Shown: piece by piece, positions 36,387-45,782 of the stretch | Position numbering within the stretch: position 1 is the first letter of the stretch | Layout: each line of letters opens with the position of its first letter | Source of the DNA: an uncultured Myxococcales bacterium | GTDB taxonomy: Bacteria > Myxococcota > Kuafuiibacteriia > Kuafuiibacteriales > Kuafuiibacteriaceae | DNA: 64,000 nucleotides | Direction: 5' to 3' | Assembly: GCA_964473255.1 (NCBI GenBank) | Contig: CAYYOT010000004.1 | Span: 68,897 to 132,896, forward strand | The notes under the pieces: model-generated | The model's input: only the letters and a program-made list of their open reading frames with translations | Database searches by the model: none | What the model was told of the DNA's origin: nothing | Translations under genes and position numbers: made by a program

Positions 36387-39300
36387 ATGCTGGATCATCG
36401 CGCGGCGTCGTCCTGGCCCTGGGTGATGGCCTGCACGTGGCCGTTCCTCGCCTGTGGGTCCGATGCGGCCGAGCCTGAGCGCTTCATCGAGCTGCGGAGC
36501 GCGACCGCAATGCAGTGTCCGACCGGAGGTACGGTGGTGTTGGTCGGAGTGGACGCCGACCGGAACGGTACGCTGGCCGATTCGGAGGTCGAGCAGCAGG
36601 CGACGATCTGTGATGGCCGGAATGGAAGCAGCGTCCTGATCCGAACGGCCGGCGAACCGCCGGGTACCGAGTGTCCGACCGGAGGGATCCGGGTCGAGGC
36701 CGGGCCAGACTTGGACGGCAGCGGAGAGCTCGAGCCCGGAGAGGTCCGGGAGAGTCGCCAGCTCTGTAATGGCGCCGACGGCCGTCCACATCGAATCGAG
36801 ATCGAGACGGAAGTTCCGGGAGACAACTGCGGAGCTGGCGGCAGCCGTATCCGCTCTGGGATCGACCTCGACGGCAACGAGGTTCTCGACGCCGAGGAGG
36901 TCGAGTTCGAGTCGTACGTTTGCCAGCCCCTCGCCAGCCTCGTTCGCATCACGGAAGAGCCCGCGGGTGCGGCATGCGCCGAAGGGGGGACGGCGGTCGA
37001 GGTCGGACTCGACACGGACAACGACGGGGAGCTCTCCGATGAAGAAGTCTCCGGTCGCCGCGTCGTCTGCGACGGCGTGACCGGAGACGCTTCACTCGTC
37101 GCCGTCGTCGTCGAGCCGGCCGGCGAACGCTGTGAGGCCGGAGGCTCGCGCATCGAGACCGGGCGCGACGACAACGGCAACGCCCAGCTCGACCCGGAAG
37201 AGGTCAGCCTCGTGAGCTACGTGTGCAGCGGCGATGCAGGCGCCGACGGCGACGATGGCTCGCTCGTACGCGTGTCGACCGAGCCTGTCGGCGCCAACTG
37301 CACCGGGGGAGGTCTCCGCGTCGATACCGGACCCGATCTCGACGACGACGGCGTCCTGGACAGCAACGAGATCGTGGAGTCGGCCTTCGCCTGCAACGGG
37401 TCGTCCAATGCCGTGCTGGTCGACTCCAGCCCCGTCGCAGAAGGCGCCGACTGTTCCGAGGGGGGGACCCGAGTGAAGGTGGGAGTCGACGCCAACGCCA
37501 ACGGGATCCTCGAAGAGAGCGAAGTCAGTACCAGTTTCGTCGTGTGCAACGGACAGGCGTCGGTACCCTTTGCCATTCAGACCGGGTCGCTCCCCGACGG
37601 CCGCCGGTCCGAAAGCTACTCCGCGGCGATCACCGCGGCGGGAGGAACCGGCGGCGGCTACGCTTGGACCGTTTCCGCCGGAATGCTTCCTCCAGGCTTG
37701 GCTCTGGGCGCGAGCGGAACACCCAGCACGACGCTGGCGGGGATTCCGACCGCTGCCGGCACCTATACCTTCACCCTCAGGGTCAGCGACGTGTTCGGAC
37801 AAATCACGGAGCGGGGCTTCACTTTGCTCATCGAGGGTGCCGATCTCGCCATCGCTACCCACACGGTACCTCGGCCCGAAAGCGGTACGCCCTACTCTTT
37901 CGATTTGCTCGCTTCTGGGGGCCGGTCTCCGTACCGCTGGTCCTTGACGTCGGGAACCCTCCCCGCGGGGCTCGCGCTTTCCACGAACGGTCGAGTCTCC
38001 GGGACCCCGACGTCGACCGTCGGCTCGACCGTACTGGTCGAAGTGGCCGACGCCGACGGCGATACGCAGGTCGCTCGCTTACGATTTCTGAACACACCGC
38101 GCTGGGTCGCGTTCACCGGCGACACGGTCACGAACGGGACGACCGACGTCTCCATAGTAAACATCGAGGGTGGGACGCCGGGGACACCCGTGGTCTTGAA
38201 CAAGACGCCGGTCGCCGGCGGCGGCGTCGAAGCCGACTCGGTCCAGTTTTCGGATAACGGCGAGTGGCTCGGCTTCATCGGCGACTTGGATACGGCCGAT
38301 GAAGAGGAACTCTGGGTCGTCGATGTGTCGGGGGCGACGCCCGGAACCGCAGTGAAGGTCAATGCGCCTTTCACGGGTCAGCCGGCGGACGAAGAGTACG
38401 TACAAGACTTCTACTTCGCGGCCGACGGAGACTTCGTCGTATACAGCAAGTGGCTCCTCACGCCGTCGTTCACGAGCATCGAGTTCTTCATTCACGACCT
38501 GCGGACCGGCTCCACGGCACGGAACGTTTCGCCGACGGGGCAGGTGTTCCAAGGGGAAGACGTCGTGATCTCCCCGGACGGAAACACGGTGGCATTCTCG
38601 GGGTACTCGGGCTCGGACCACGGCTTCTGGGTGGTCGACGCGACGTCCTCGTCGGCCAAGCCCGTCCGCTTCGCCCTGGCGGGCCTCCAAGATCTCGAGG
38701 ACTTCGCCTTCGGGCCTGACTCCGATGAGCTTTTCTACACCGACGCTTCGCGGAATCTGAGTGTGGTGGACATCTCCACCTTGGCTTCCACGGGCTCGAT
38801 CGGCACGTCGCTGACCATCAGCAGCACGATTACCGGCCGGATCATCTCCGTCTCTCCAGACGAGACGACGCTCGCCTTCGATCGAACGACGGAACTGAGC
38901 GTCGTCGACCTGTCGGCGACGCCCCGGCGACTCCGAAGGATCCAGCCCGGGCCTCTGAGTCGTTCGTCCGTTGCCGACTGGACCGTCGACTCCCGGGGGC
39001 TAATGCGAGACGGGTCCTACATCGATCGAGAAACGGGTGACGAGACCGAGATCTTTCCCCCCACGACGGGGTTCGATGACCGCCTGGAAGACCTGGTCGT
39101 CGTGCCGAGCAACGTCGGTCTCGTCTTTCGGAGTCAGCGGGAGTCTCCGACGGTCTTCGATGCCTACCTGGCCCGCTACGACGATCCCGGCAATCCAACG
39201 CGCCTGTCCACGAACATATCCGGCGCCGAGGACGTGAATAGTCTCGTCGTCTCGCCCGACGGGGACCACGTGCTCTATAGCGGGGATGCGAACGGAGCCG

Positions 39301-39587
39301 GTATCGACGAGCTGTTCGTGATCGACATCTCCGGAGCGACGCCGACGGCGCCGACGCGCGTGAACGAAGCGCTCGTCGTCGGCGGCGACGTCCTCGACGA
39401 CAAGCAAACCGGCTATGCGATCGTCGGGGACTACGATGGAGTGGTCTACATCGCAGACCAGGACACCGATGACGTCTTCGAGCTGTACTTGCGCTGGCGG
39501 ACCGGCGGAGCGCTCGATCCCGCCGTGACCGTGAGTCCCACGCTGCCCGCGGACGGCGACGTCGAGAGCGTATTCGTGCAGCCCTAG
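36387..39587 (+). CDS. Giant multidomain lipoprotein: 7 disulfide-bracketed EF-hand-like Ca-binding repeats, 2 Ig-like (cadherin-like) domains and a beta-propeller
   Basis: The real start is the ATG at 36387 (MLDHRAASSWPWVMACTWPFLACGS, a lipobox). The repeats are C-x2-GG-x-V-x-V/A-G-x-D-x-D-x-x-G-x-L-x-x-x-E-V-x6-7-C. The Ig-like blocks read GGTGGGYAWTVSAGMLPPGLAL...GTYTFTLRVSD and GRSPYRWSLTSGTLPAGLAL. SPDGxxVxFSG repeats are PD40-like. Confidence 0.7.
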   Translation: MLDHRAASSWPWVMACTWPFLACGSDAAEPERFIELRSATAMQCPTGGTVVLVGVDADRNGTLADSEVEQQATICDGRNGSSVLIRTAGEPPGTECPTGGIRVEAGPDLDGSGELEPGEVRESRQLCNGADGRPHRIEIETEVPGDNCGAGGSRIRSGIDLDGNEVLDAEEVEFESYVCQPLASLVRITEEPAGAACAEGGTAVEVGLDTDNDGELSDEEVSGRRVVCDGVTGDASLVAVVVEPAGERCEAGGSRIETGRDDNGNAQLDPEEVSLVSYVCSGDAGADGDDGSLVRVSTEPVGANCTGGGLRVDTGPDLDDDGVLDSNEIVESAFACNGSSNAVLVDSSPVAEGADCSEGGTRVKVGVDANANGILEESEVSTSFVVCNGQASVPFAIQTGSLPDGRRSESYSAAITAAGGTGGGYAWTVSAGMLPPGLALGASGTPSTTLAGIPTAAGTYTFTLRVSDVFGQITERGFTLLIEGADLAIATHTVPRPESGTPYSFDLLASGGRSPYRWSLTSGTLPAGLALSTNGRVSGTPTSTVGSTVLVEVADADGDTQVARLRFLNTPRWVAFTGDTVTNGTTDVSIVNIEGGTPGTPVVLNKTPVAGGGVEADSVQFSDNGEWLGFIGDLDTADEEELWVVDVSGATPGTAVKVNAPFTGQPADEEYVQDFYFAADGDFVVYSKWLLTPSFTSIEFFIHDLRTGSTARNVSPTGQVFQGEDVVISPDGNTVAFSGYSGSDHGFWVVDATSSSAKPVRFALAGLQDLEDFAFGPDSDELFYTDASRNLSVVDISTLASTGSIGTSLTISSTITGRIISVSPDETTLAFDRTTELSVVDLSATPRRLRRIQPGPLSRSSVADWTVDSRGLMRDGSYIDRETGDETEIFPPTTGFDDRLEDLVVVPSNVGLVFRSQRESPTVFDAYLARYDDPGNPTRLSTNISGAEDVNSLVVSPDGDHVLYSGDANGAGIDELFVIDISGATPTAPTRVNEALVVGGDVLDDKQTGYAIVGDYDGVVYIADQDTDDVFELYLRWRTGGALDPAVTVSPTLPADGDVESVFVQP

Positions 39588-39589
39588 AG

Positions 39590-39865
39590 TGGTATCACTA
39601 CGTCGTCACCGTCGAGCCCGGTGCTCACCACGCGTACCTGACTGGTGAGGAACTCTCGCTTCACTATAACGACACCTCGATCGAGGACCACGGCTTCTTC
39701 TCGACCATCCGCGACCGGCAGCAGATGACCCTGGGGCAGGGGATCTTCAGCCTCCAGCGCTCCTGGTTGGAATTCAACGGGGCCATCACCGACGTGAGAG
39801 TTTACGACCGGATCCTCGATCCAGCCGAGATCACTGAGCTTACCGACGGTCCCCTCCGCCAGTAG
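39590..39865 (+). pseudogene. Out-of-frame LamG/ConA-like lectin domain C-terminal half, directly after the stop of the giant lipoprotein (frameshifted C-terminus or remnant)
   Basis: Frame +2 relative to the giant ORF reads WYHYVVTVEPGAHHAYLTGEELSLHYNDTSIEDHGFFSTIRDRQQMTLGQGIFS...FNGAITDVRVYDRILDPAEITELTDGPLRQ*. This is the classic LamG C-terminal motif (G.IDEVRIY.RALSAAEI). There is no start codon, and the frame is open upstream through the 3' end of the giant ORF. Confidence 0.5.
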
Positions 39866-39918
39866 GACCGCCTTCCGGCCGGGTGGTCATCGGCGGAAGA
39901 TCCTCGGTACGGTCAGGC

Positions 39919-41226
39919 ATGGGTTTGTCGCGAGCTGCGCGTATCACTCTGCTGGCCGCGCTGGTGGCGTGCACCGAGGATGAGGGGAGCGAGGAGCGAC
40001 GTCCCGATGCGGTGGCTCGGCCGGATGCCCGTGGTGCCGATGCGACCGCACCCGACGCCGGAGGTCCCGATGCCCGCCGTCCCGATGGTTCGAGCCTTCC
40101 CGATGCCGCCCGGATGACCGACGCTTCTCGACCCGATGCACGGGCGCCGGATGCCGGTGCGCCCGGTGACGAGATCGTCGGCGTTAAGCCCCCGCCTCGC
40201 CGAGCCCATACATCGACCCTCCTCGACGACGGCCGGGTCTTGATCGTCGGTGGCACGGGGGCGGCCGAGAGCCCCGAGCAATCCTGGCTCTTCGACCCGA
40301 CCACGAATCGTTTCTCGCGGGGACCCGACCTCGACCCCGGTCTCAGCGGCCATTCCGCAACGAAGCTGCCCGGGGGCAAGGTGCTCATCGCCGGCGGACT
40401 CGACGGCTTCGGCACGAACGCCACGACCGTCGACACGGCTCTGCTCTTCGATCCGGCCACCGATACCTTCGAAACGACGGGCTCGATGACCGGACCCCGG
40501 TTCGCACACCGTGCGTTCCTCCTGGAGAACGGACCCGACGCGGGCAAAGTGCTCGTGATCGCGGGGGCGAAGCGTCCGCCTGTGGGTGACGAGCGAATCC
40601 TCCCGCTCGAAGTCTACGATCCGGCCACCGGCGAGTTCGCCCTCTTGGGAACGAGCCTTCCGATCCAGCGCGACGGCGCGAACTACACGGTCCTAGCCGA
40701 CGGTCGAATTTTGATTGCGGGCGGGGCCACCCGAAGCGGTGGTCGCGACTACGTGGATACGGCCCTGATCTACGATCCGAGCACGCGACAGCTCGAAGAC
40801 GTCATGGACACGATGGCTTTCCTTCGCGCAAACCAGTCCTCCATCCTCCAGCCCGACGGCGAGGTCTTTCTTTTCGGAGGCGGCAATCGGACGACGAGTA
40901 TGATCGAAGAGACCGACATCTATGATCCGTCGACCGACACCTTCCGCGACGGTCCCGACTGGACGGACTTCGTGTCCAGCCATCGCATGGTTCCGCTCGA
41001 CGACGGTCGAGTCCTACAGATGGGTGGAACGTCCGTGAGCGGAGTTCGAGACGACGTCATCATTTGGGATGCCGCGACCTTGGAAACCACGCTTCATCCT
41101 CGAAAGCTGTCTCGAGGCCTGTTCAGCTTCACCGCCACCATCTTGCAGGACGGGAGAATCCTCCTCGTGGGTGGCCAGGGACAAGGCAGTATCGTCGTCG
41201 GCGAGGCCGAGCTCTTTTTGCCCTGA
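39919..41226 (+). CDS. Kelch-repeat (galactose-oxidase-like beta-propeller) lipoprotein
   Basis: The ATG at 39919 gives MGLSRAARITLLAALVACTED (lipobox). A Pro/Asp/Ala-rich linker follows. Repeated Kelch-like blocks are present (DGRVLIVGG, GGKVLIAGG, GKVLVIAGA, DGRILIAGG, GEVFLFGGG, DGRILLVGG). Confidence 0.7.
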   Translation: MGLSRAARITLLAALVACTEDEGSEERRPDAVARPDARGADATAPDAGGPDARRPDGSSLPDAARMTDASRPDARAPDAGAPGDEIVGVKPPPRRAHTSTLLDDGRVLIVGGTGAAESPEQSWLFDPTTNRFSRGPDLDPGLSGHSATKLPGGKVLIAGGLDGFGTNATTVDTALLFDPATDTFETTGSMTGPRFAHRAFLLENGPDAGKVLVIAGAKRPPVGDERILPLEVYDPATGEFALLGTSLPIQRDGANYTVLADGRILIAGGATRSGGRDYVDTALIYDPSTRQLEDVMDTMAFLRANQSSILQPDGEVFLFGGGNRTTSMIEETDIYDPSTDTFRDGPDWTDFVSSHRMVPLDDGRVLQMGGTSVSGVRDDVIIWDAATLETTLHPRKLSRGLFSFTATILQDGRILLVGGQGQGSIVVGEAELFLP

Positions 41227-41248
41227 GCTGCCCCGGCAGAGGATGCCG

Positions 41249-42406
41249 TCAATCCGACGGTCGCGACGCGTCGAGGGGGCGGGCCGCTCCGCCCCGCCGC
41301 CGCAGTCGAAAGTCGGTGTCCTTGGGCGGCACGAGCGCCTCGACGCCGCCTTTCGAGACGCGGATGACGTAGTCGGGGACGGGGTCGATCGCCAGGACTC
41401 GACGGAGATCGGTGAGAGGCGACCTCCAGTTCGATGCGCCGAGCGCCAGGCCGAAGACCCAGCCTTCGGGTGACCGCCCCAAGAGCTTCGCCGGATACTC
41501 GGCCCGCGACTGCCAGCGGAGGTCGACGTCGGACGGACACGACCACACGAGCACCATCGGCACGTACGGTCCCAGCACGCGGTGAAACCGAAGGGCCTGA
41601 CGCTGCGCCAGGCGCACTTCTTCGCAGGCTCCCTCCCCGGCCCAACCTGCAGGCGTTGCCGTGGCCGTCGCCACCTCTTTCCATCCGCGCGGGACGAGCG
41701 CCGCTGTCGCCGCCGAAGTCGGGGCGACCGAGTCGGCGGGGACCTCCGCGAGTCCCGTCGCCGAAGGCACCTCGAATGACTCGAAGTTCGACGTGCGAAG
41801 AACATCGGCCAGTTTCTGGGTGGCCTGCTGGAGGGTCGCTCCGAGCACCCACCATGGACTGAGGGGCTCGGGATCCGACGACCGAGCCTGCCGCCACACG
41901 CTCCATCCGGTGGCCCCGGAAAAGCGCAGCGGACCTTCCACGCCGCTGCGAATCTCGATGTCGCTGAGCACTACTTCAGCCAGTATCCAGGGTACCTCAC
42001 CCTTCTTCACGTCTTCGACGTACCCGCGGGCCCGCAGGACCTTGGCCGAAAGAACCAGGTCGGACCGTCGGGCCTGGCGAACGTCGCGAACGAGTTCGAC
42101 CCGAGCAAACGCCGACGTCGAGACGAGAGCTTGGGCGAAGGCCCGCGTTACCTGCTCCATCGGCTCCGGAGCGAGCCAGTCGAGGTTGGTTCCGCGAAAG
42201 AGCCGCCGTCGGTAGACGTACTTCCCCTTATCGTCCGGCGACTCGCCGCCTTTGCGCGCATCGACCAGCGGCAGGATCGCGATCGACTGTCTCTGGGCTG
42301 CGGGCTCCAAAAAACGCTGGTCGACCAGGAGCGACGGGATCTGGGCAGGGGTCCCCGCGCAAGCCAGCACGACGCCCATCACCCACGGCGCCGACCATCG
42401 GATCAT
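41249..42406 (-). CDS. Hypothetical lipoprotein, translationally coupled downstream of lnt
   Basis: The ATG at 42404-42406 (MIRWSAPWVMGVVLACAGTP, a lipobox) overlaps the lnt stop (ATGA). The upstream 155 aa of track ORF 41249..42871 overlap lnt and are judged spurious. Confidence 0.5.
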   Translation of the reverse strand: MIRWSAPWVMGVVLACAGTPAQIPSLLVDQRFLEPAAQRQSIAILPLVDARKGGESPDDKGKYVYRRRLFRGTNLDWLAPEPMEQVTRAFAQALVSTSAFARVELVRDVRQARRSDLVLSAKVLRARGYVEDVKKGEVPWILAEVVLSDIEIRSGVEGPLRFSGATGWSVWRQARSSDPEPLSPWWVLGATLQQATQKLADVLRTSNFESFEVPSATGLAEVPADSVAPTSAATAALVPRGWKEVATATATPAGWAGEGACEEVRLAQRQALRFHRVLGPYVPMVLVWSCPSDVDLRWQSRAEYPAKLLGRSPEGWVFGLALGASNWRSPLTDLRRVLAIDPVPDYVIRVSKGGVEALVPPKDTDFRLRRRGGAARPLDASRPSD

Positions 42407-43917
42407 CTTGCACGCCACACGCGAACGGCGGTGAACAGACAAAAGAGGAGCCCCACCCATCCGAGAAAGTCGCCCCAGCGCATGTGCAGCGAGGTGCTGT
42501 CGTCTCGAATGACGGGGACCCGGGCCACCAGCGTTTCCCGGGTCCACTGTCCGGTCCGCTCGGCGATGCGGCCGACCGGATCGACGATCGCACTGATCCC
42601 CGTGTTGGTGGAACGAATCATCGCCCGTCGCGTCTCGATGGAGCGAAAGGTGGCGAGGGCCAAGTGGGTGAGTGGCTCGTGGCTGTCTCCATACCAGCTG
42701 TCGTTGGTGATGTTGACGAGCACGTCCGCGGGCCCCGCTCGGTTCCACATGGTTCGCACGAAGGACGGGATGATGTCCTCGTAGCAGATCATCGGTAGCA
42801 GCCGGTACGGGCCGAGCCGGAGATGCTCGAACGTCCGGCCCCGGGTGAAGGACGCGCTTCGCGGGAACCACTCCTTGATCTGGGGGAAGGTCTCCACGAA
42901 CGGCAGCGACTCGCCGAAGGTCAGAAGACGGACCTTGTCGAAACGGGATGCAAGGGCACCGGTGGACGACGTGAGCACGGCCGTGTTGAACACTTCGCGT
43001 TCTTCACCGCGAATGTCTCCGGAGATGGCTCCGAAGAGCAAAGGAACCGGGATGTTGCCGTTGACGTACGCAAGTTCGGTCCGGTCGCGAGGAAGAAATC
43101 GGTTGTAGGAACTCTCCGGCCAGACCACGAGATCGAGATCCGGGTGCGCGTCGTACGCGGCCCTCGTCATCTCTTGGTGCCGACGGATGAACTCGGAGCG
43201 CTTCCCCACTTTGTCGCGCGCGCCGAGATTCGCCTGGATCAGGGCCACTTCGATGGTCGGCGAGCGCTGGACCAGGAGGTCGACCTGATACATCCGGATC
43301 GTCCCGTAGAGCGCCACGACGGCGAGCAGAGCGGAAGCCTCGGCCAGCGGGCGGTGCATCCGTCGCCCTTCCCGAGCCGCGGCGACCGCGTCCGCCAACG
43401 CCCCGTTGACGCCCCCGACCAAGACGCTGAGGCCCGCCATCCCGAAGAGCTCGACGTGTTGAGTGAGGCGCGGGACCACGTACAGCGTGTTGCCCGCATA
43501 GTTGGGAAACAAGAACGGGTACCAGGCCTCGATGGCGATCACCGCCATCGTCAGCGAGATCGCCGTCGGAATGCGCCAGTGGGTCCGAGCCTGATGCTCG
43601 AAGAGCGCCACGATCCCCCACGCCAAGCCCTGGTACGCGGTCAACAGGAAGAAGCCGAGGACCGCCCAGTGCAGGTCGAGATGAGCGAACGTCTGCAGCA
43701 GGTGGACGACCCAGTAGTAGCCGCCCCACATGGCGACGGTCCCGGCCAGCCATCCGAGGAAGAAGGAGGCGCGGGCGCTACGCTGGCGGGTCGCGGTCAT
43801 CAGCGGGACCAAGAAGACGAAGATCAGCGGCCATAGGCCGAACCCGACGAATCCGAGAAAATAGAGGACCCCGCTGGCGACGGCCCAGGCCCAGGGCAAG
43901 CGCGCGGGTTCAGGCAC
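42403..43917 (-). CDS. lnt: Apolipoprotein N-acyltransferase
   Basis: 504 aa. The N-terminal multi-transmembrane region is followed by a CN-hydrolase (nitrilase-like) domain with the VWPE motif (LDLVVWPESS) and the catalytic-Cys region (MICYED). Confidence 0.8.
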   Translation of the reverse strand: MPEPARLPWAWAVASGVLYFLGFVGFGLWPLIFVFLVPLMTATRQRSARASFFLGWLAGTVAMWGGYYWVVHLLQTFAHLDLHWAVLGFFLLTAYQGLAWGIVALFEHQARTHWRIPTAISLTMAVIAIEAWYPFLFPNYAGNTLYVVPRLTQHVELFGMAGLSVLVGGVNGALADAVAAAREGRRMHRPLAEASALLAVVALYGTIRMYQVDLLVQRSPTIEVALIQANLGARDKVGKRSEFIRRHQEMTRAAYDAHPDLDLVVWPESSYNRFLPRDRTELAYVNGNIPVPLLFGAISGDIRGEEREVFNTAVLTSSTGALASRFDKVRLLTFGESLPFVETFPQIKEWFPRSASFTRGRTFEHLRLGPYRLLPMICYEDIIPSFVRTMWNRAGPADVLVNITNDSWYGDSHEPLTHLALATFRSIETRRAMIRSTNTGISAIVDPVGRIAERTGQWTRETLVARVPVIRDDSTSLHMRWGDFLGWVGLLFCLFTAVRVWRAR

Positions 43918-44230
43918 CGTGTCCCCCAGGGGAAAACCGTCGATGGTCCAGGACCTGCCACCCGACGAAAAGAATGGCCACCGCCGCTCGGAACACCTGG
44001 GTGTTGAGGGCCTCGGTCATCGAAGGGTACATCATGGGGACGGCCCACGAGACCCACGCTCCGGTCGCGAGCGCGAGGCTCGCCGCCAGCAGCGAAGACA
44101 AGCCAGACTGCCAACCTAGCCCCGACACCACGAATCCCGAGGCGACCACTCCGACGAATATCCCCCAGGGTCCAGGCAAGAGCGCCGCCGGGCACCCGGC
44201 GACGACGACAGCGACCACGGCCCGCCCCAT
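43910..44230 (-). CDS. Small polytopic membrane protein upstream of lnt
   Basis: An internal ATG at 44228-44230 gives MGRAVVAVVVAGCPAALLPGPWGIFVGVVASGFVVSGLGWQSGL.... It has 3-4 hydrophobic helices and overlaps the lnt start by 8 nt. Confidence 0.4.
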   Translation of the reverse strand: MGRAVVAVVVAGCPAALLPGPWGIFVGVVASGFVVSGLGWQSGLSSLLAASLALATGAWVSWAVPMMYPSMTEALNTQVFRAAVAILFVGWQVLDHRRFSPGGHGA

Positions 44231-44318
44231 GAGAGCGCCGTCATGTGGCGGGTGTCGCGCTTGTGTGTCAATCTTCCGTCTGTTAACCGGCCGTTTCCGG
44301 AGGACGTTCGAAGCCACC

Positions 44319-45725
44319 ATGCGCAAGTGCTCGATGTTCCTGCTTGTCGCGTGGACGTTGACGCCGACGACGCTCGCCGCCCAGGCCGACGCCCCGGATC
44401 CATCGCCCCGCGGCCTCACCCTGGACCAGCTCGTCGAGCTGGCCCTGGAGCGGAACCTGCTGGTCCAGGTGAAGGAGTCGGAGGTCGACCAAGCGCGTGC
44501 GCTCTACCGGACGGCAGCGTCCCTGGCCTACCCTCGGCTCGACGCCAACACGATCATCGGCGGCCCGACCGCTGAAGCCAAGACCGCCGTTCAGAACGAC
44601 ATCAACACCGTGACCCAATCATCGCTCGGCGGAGACCTCGATTTCGGACAGCTGGGCGTCACCATCCGGGGCGACGTCCAGATCGCGCAGCCACTGTACA
44701 CGTTCCGCAAGATCGCCAGCTCGAAGGACGCAACGAAGCACCTCATCAACGCCCGCGTGCAGGACGCGGAGGCAACGCGAGCCGACATCGTCCTCGACGT
44801 CCATCGCGCCTACTGGGCTCTGCAGCTCGTTCAGGCCTTCCTGAACACGATCGACGAGGGCACGGACACGTTGACCGGCGTCCTCGAGCAGATCGAGGAG
44901 CTGCTCGACGAGGACTCGGTGCAAGTCACGGAAAACGATCGACTCCGCCTCGTTCATGCCCTCGCTACCCTGCGCGTTCGCAAAGCGGAGGCGATCGGGG
45001 GGCGCGACCAGGCCAACCTCGCGCTGCGGATCCTGACCCGCTCCCCGCTGGATACACCGCTGATGGTGGAGCCTTTCGACCTCTACGACGCCATTCCCGA
45101 GACGACCCCGGAGGTCGAAACCACGGTGGAAGACGCCCGAGCCTCTCGGGCGGAGCTCCTGGCCCTGCGCCAGGTCATCGAAGCCCAGCAAGCCTTGGTC
45201 GAACTTCGGCGGGCAAACCTGTATCCCGACATCTTCTTTGGGGTGCGGATGAACTATGCGTACACGAGCAACGCGACCGAGCAGACCAATCCCTTCATCT
45301 ATGACCCGTTCAACGACTTCAACGTCGGTATGGGGATCGGTATTCGCTGGGAATTCGACCTGTTCACGAAGCTCGCGCGGATCGAGTTCGCCGAGTCCGT
45401 CCGCTCGACCCGCGAGATCCAGGAGGCCCTGGCCTCCGATGCCGTCGAGCTCGAGGTTCGGCAGATCCACACCCTCCTCGAGAACGGATTCGACCAGCTC
45501 GACGAACTCGACCGCGCCAACCGCGCCGCCCGGGCCTGGCTGACATCGACCGTCCTCGCGTACGACATCGGTACCGGCAACGCCCGCGAGCTGATCGATG
45601 CGTTCCTCGCCTGGGCCGCTTCCACCGCGCAGCTGGAGACGGTCCGGTACGACACCGTGGTTCGGCTGTCGGAGCTGGCCCGAGCCCGGGGACGTCTGGT
45701 CGCGCTCCGGGGAGCCCCTAGATGA
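44319..45725 (+). CDS. TolC-family outer-membrane efflux protein (OMF)
   Basis: The ATG at 44319 gives MRKCSMFLLVAWTLTPTTLAAQA (signal). The two-repeat OEP architecture is present (LTLDQLVELALERNLLVQ..., AEATRADIVLDVHRAYWALQ, ELLALRQVIEAQQALVELRRANLYPDI). Confidence 0.75.
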   Translation: MRKCSMFLLVAWTLTPTTLAAQADAPDPSPRGLTLDQLVELALERNLLVQVKESEVDQARALYRTAASLAYPRLDANTIIGGPTAEAKTAVQNDINTVTQSSLGGDLDFGQLGVTIRGDVQIAQPLYTFRKIASSKDATKHLINARVQDAEATRADIVLDVHRAYWALQLVQAFLNTIDEGTDTLTGVLEQIEELLDEDSVQVTENDRLRLVHALATLRVRKAEAIGGRDQANLALRILTRSPLDTPLMVEPFDLYDAIPETTPEVETTVEDARASRAELLALRQVIEAQQALVELRRANLYPDIFFGVRMNYAYTSNATEQTNPFIYDPFNDFNVGMGIGIRWEFDLFTKLARIEFAESVRSTREIQEALASDAVELEVRQIHTLLENGFDQLDELDRANRAARAWLTSTVLAYDIGTGNARELIDAFLAWAASTAQLETVRYDTVVRLSELARARGRLVALRGAPR

Positions 45726-45782
45726 GGTTGGCGGTTGAATACGCGCTTGCCGGGCTTCGTCACTTTGTTCGACCTCCAACCG

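Noticed and set aside
41249-42871. Full 540-aa extent of the minus ORF
   Set aside because: The N-terminal 155 aa overlap lnt in another frame. The lipobox-containing start at 42406 is coupled to the lnt stop and is far more plausible.
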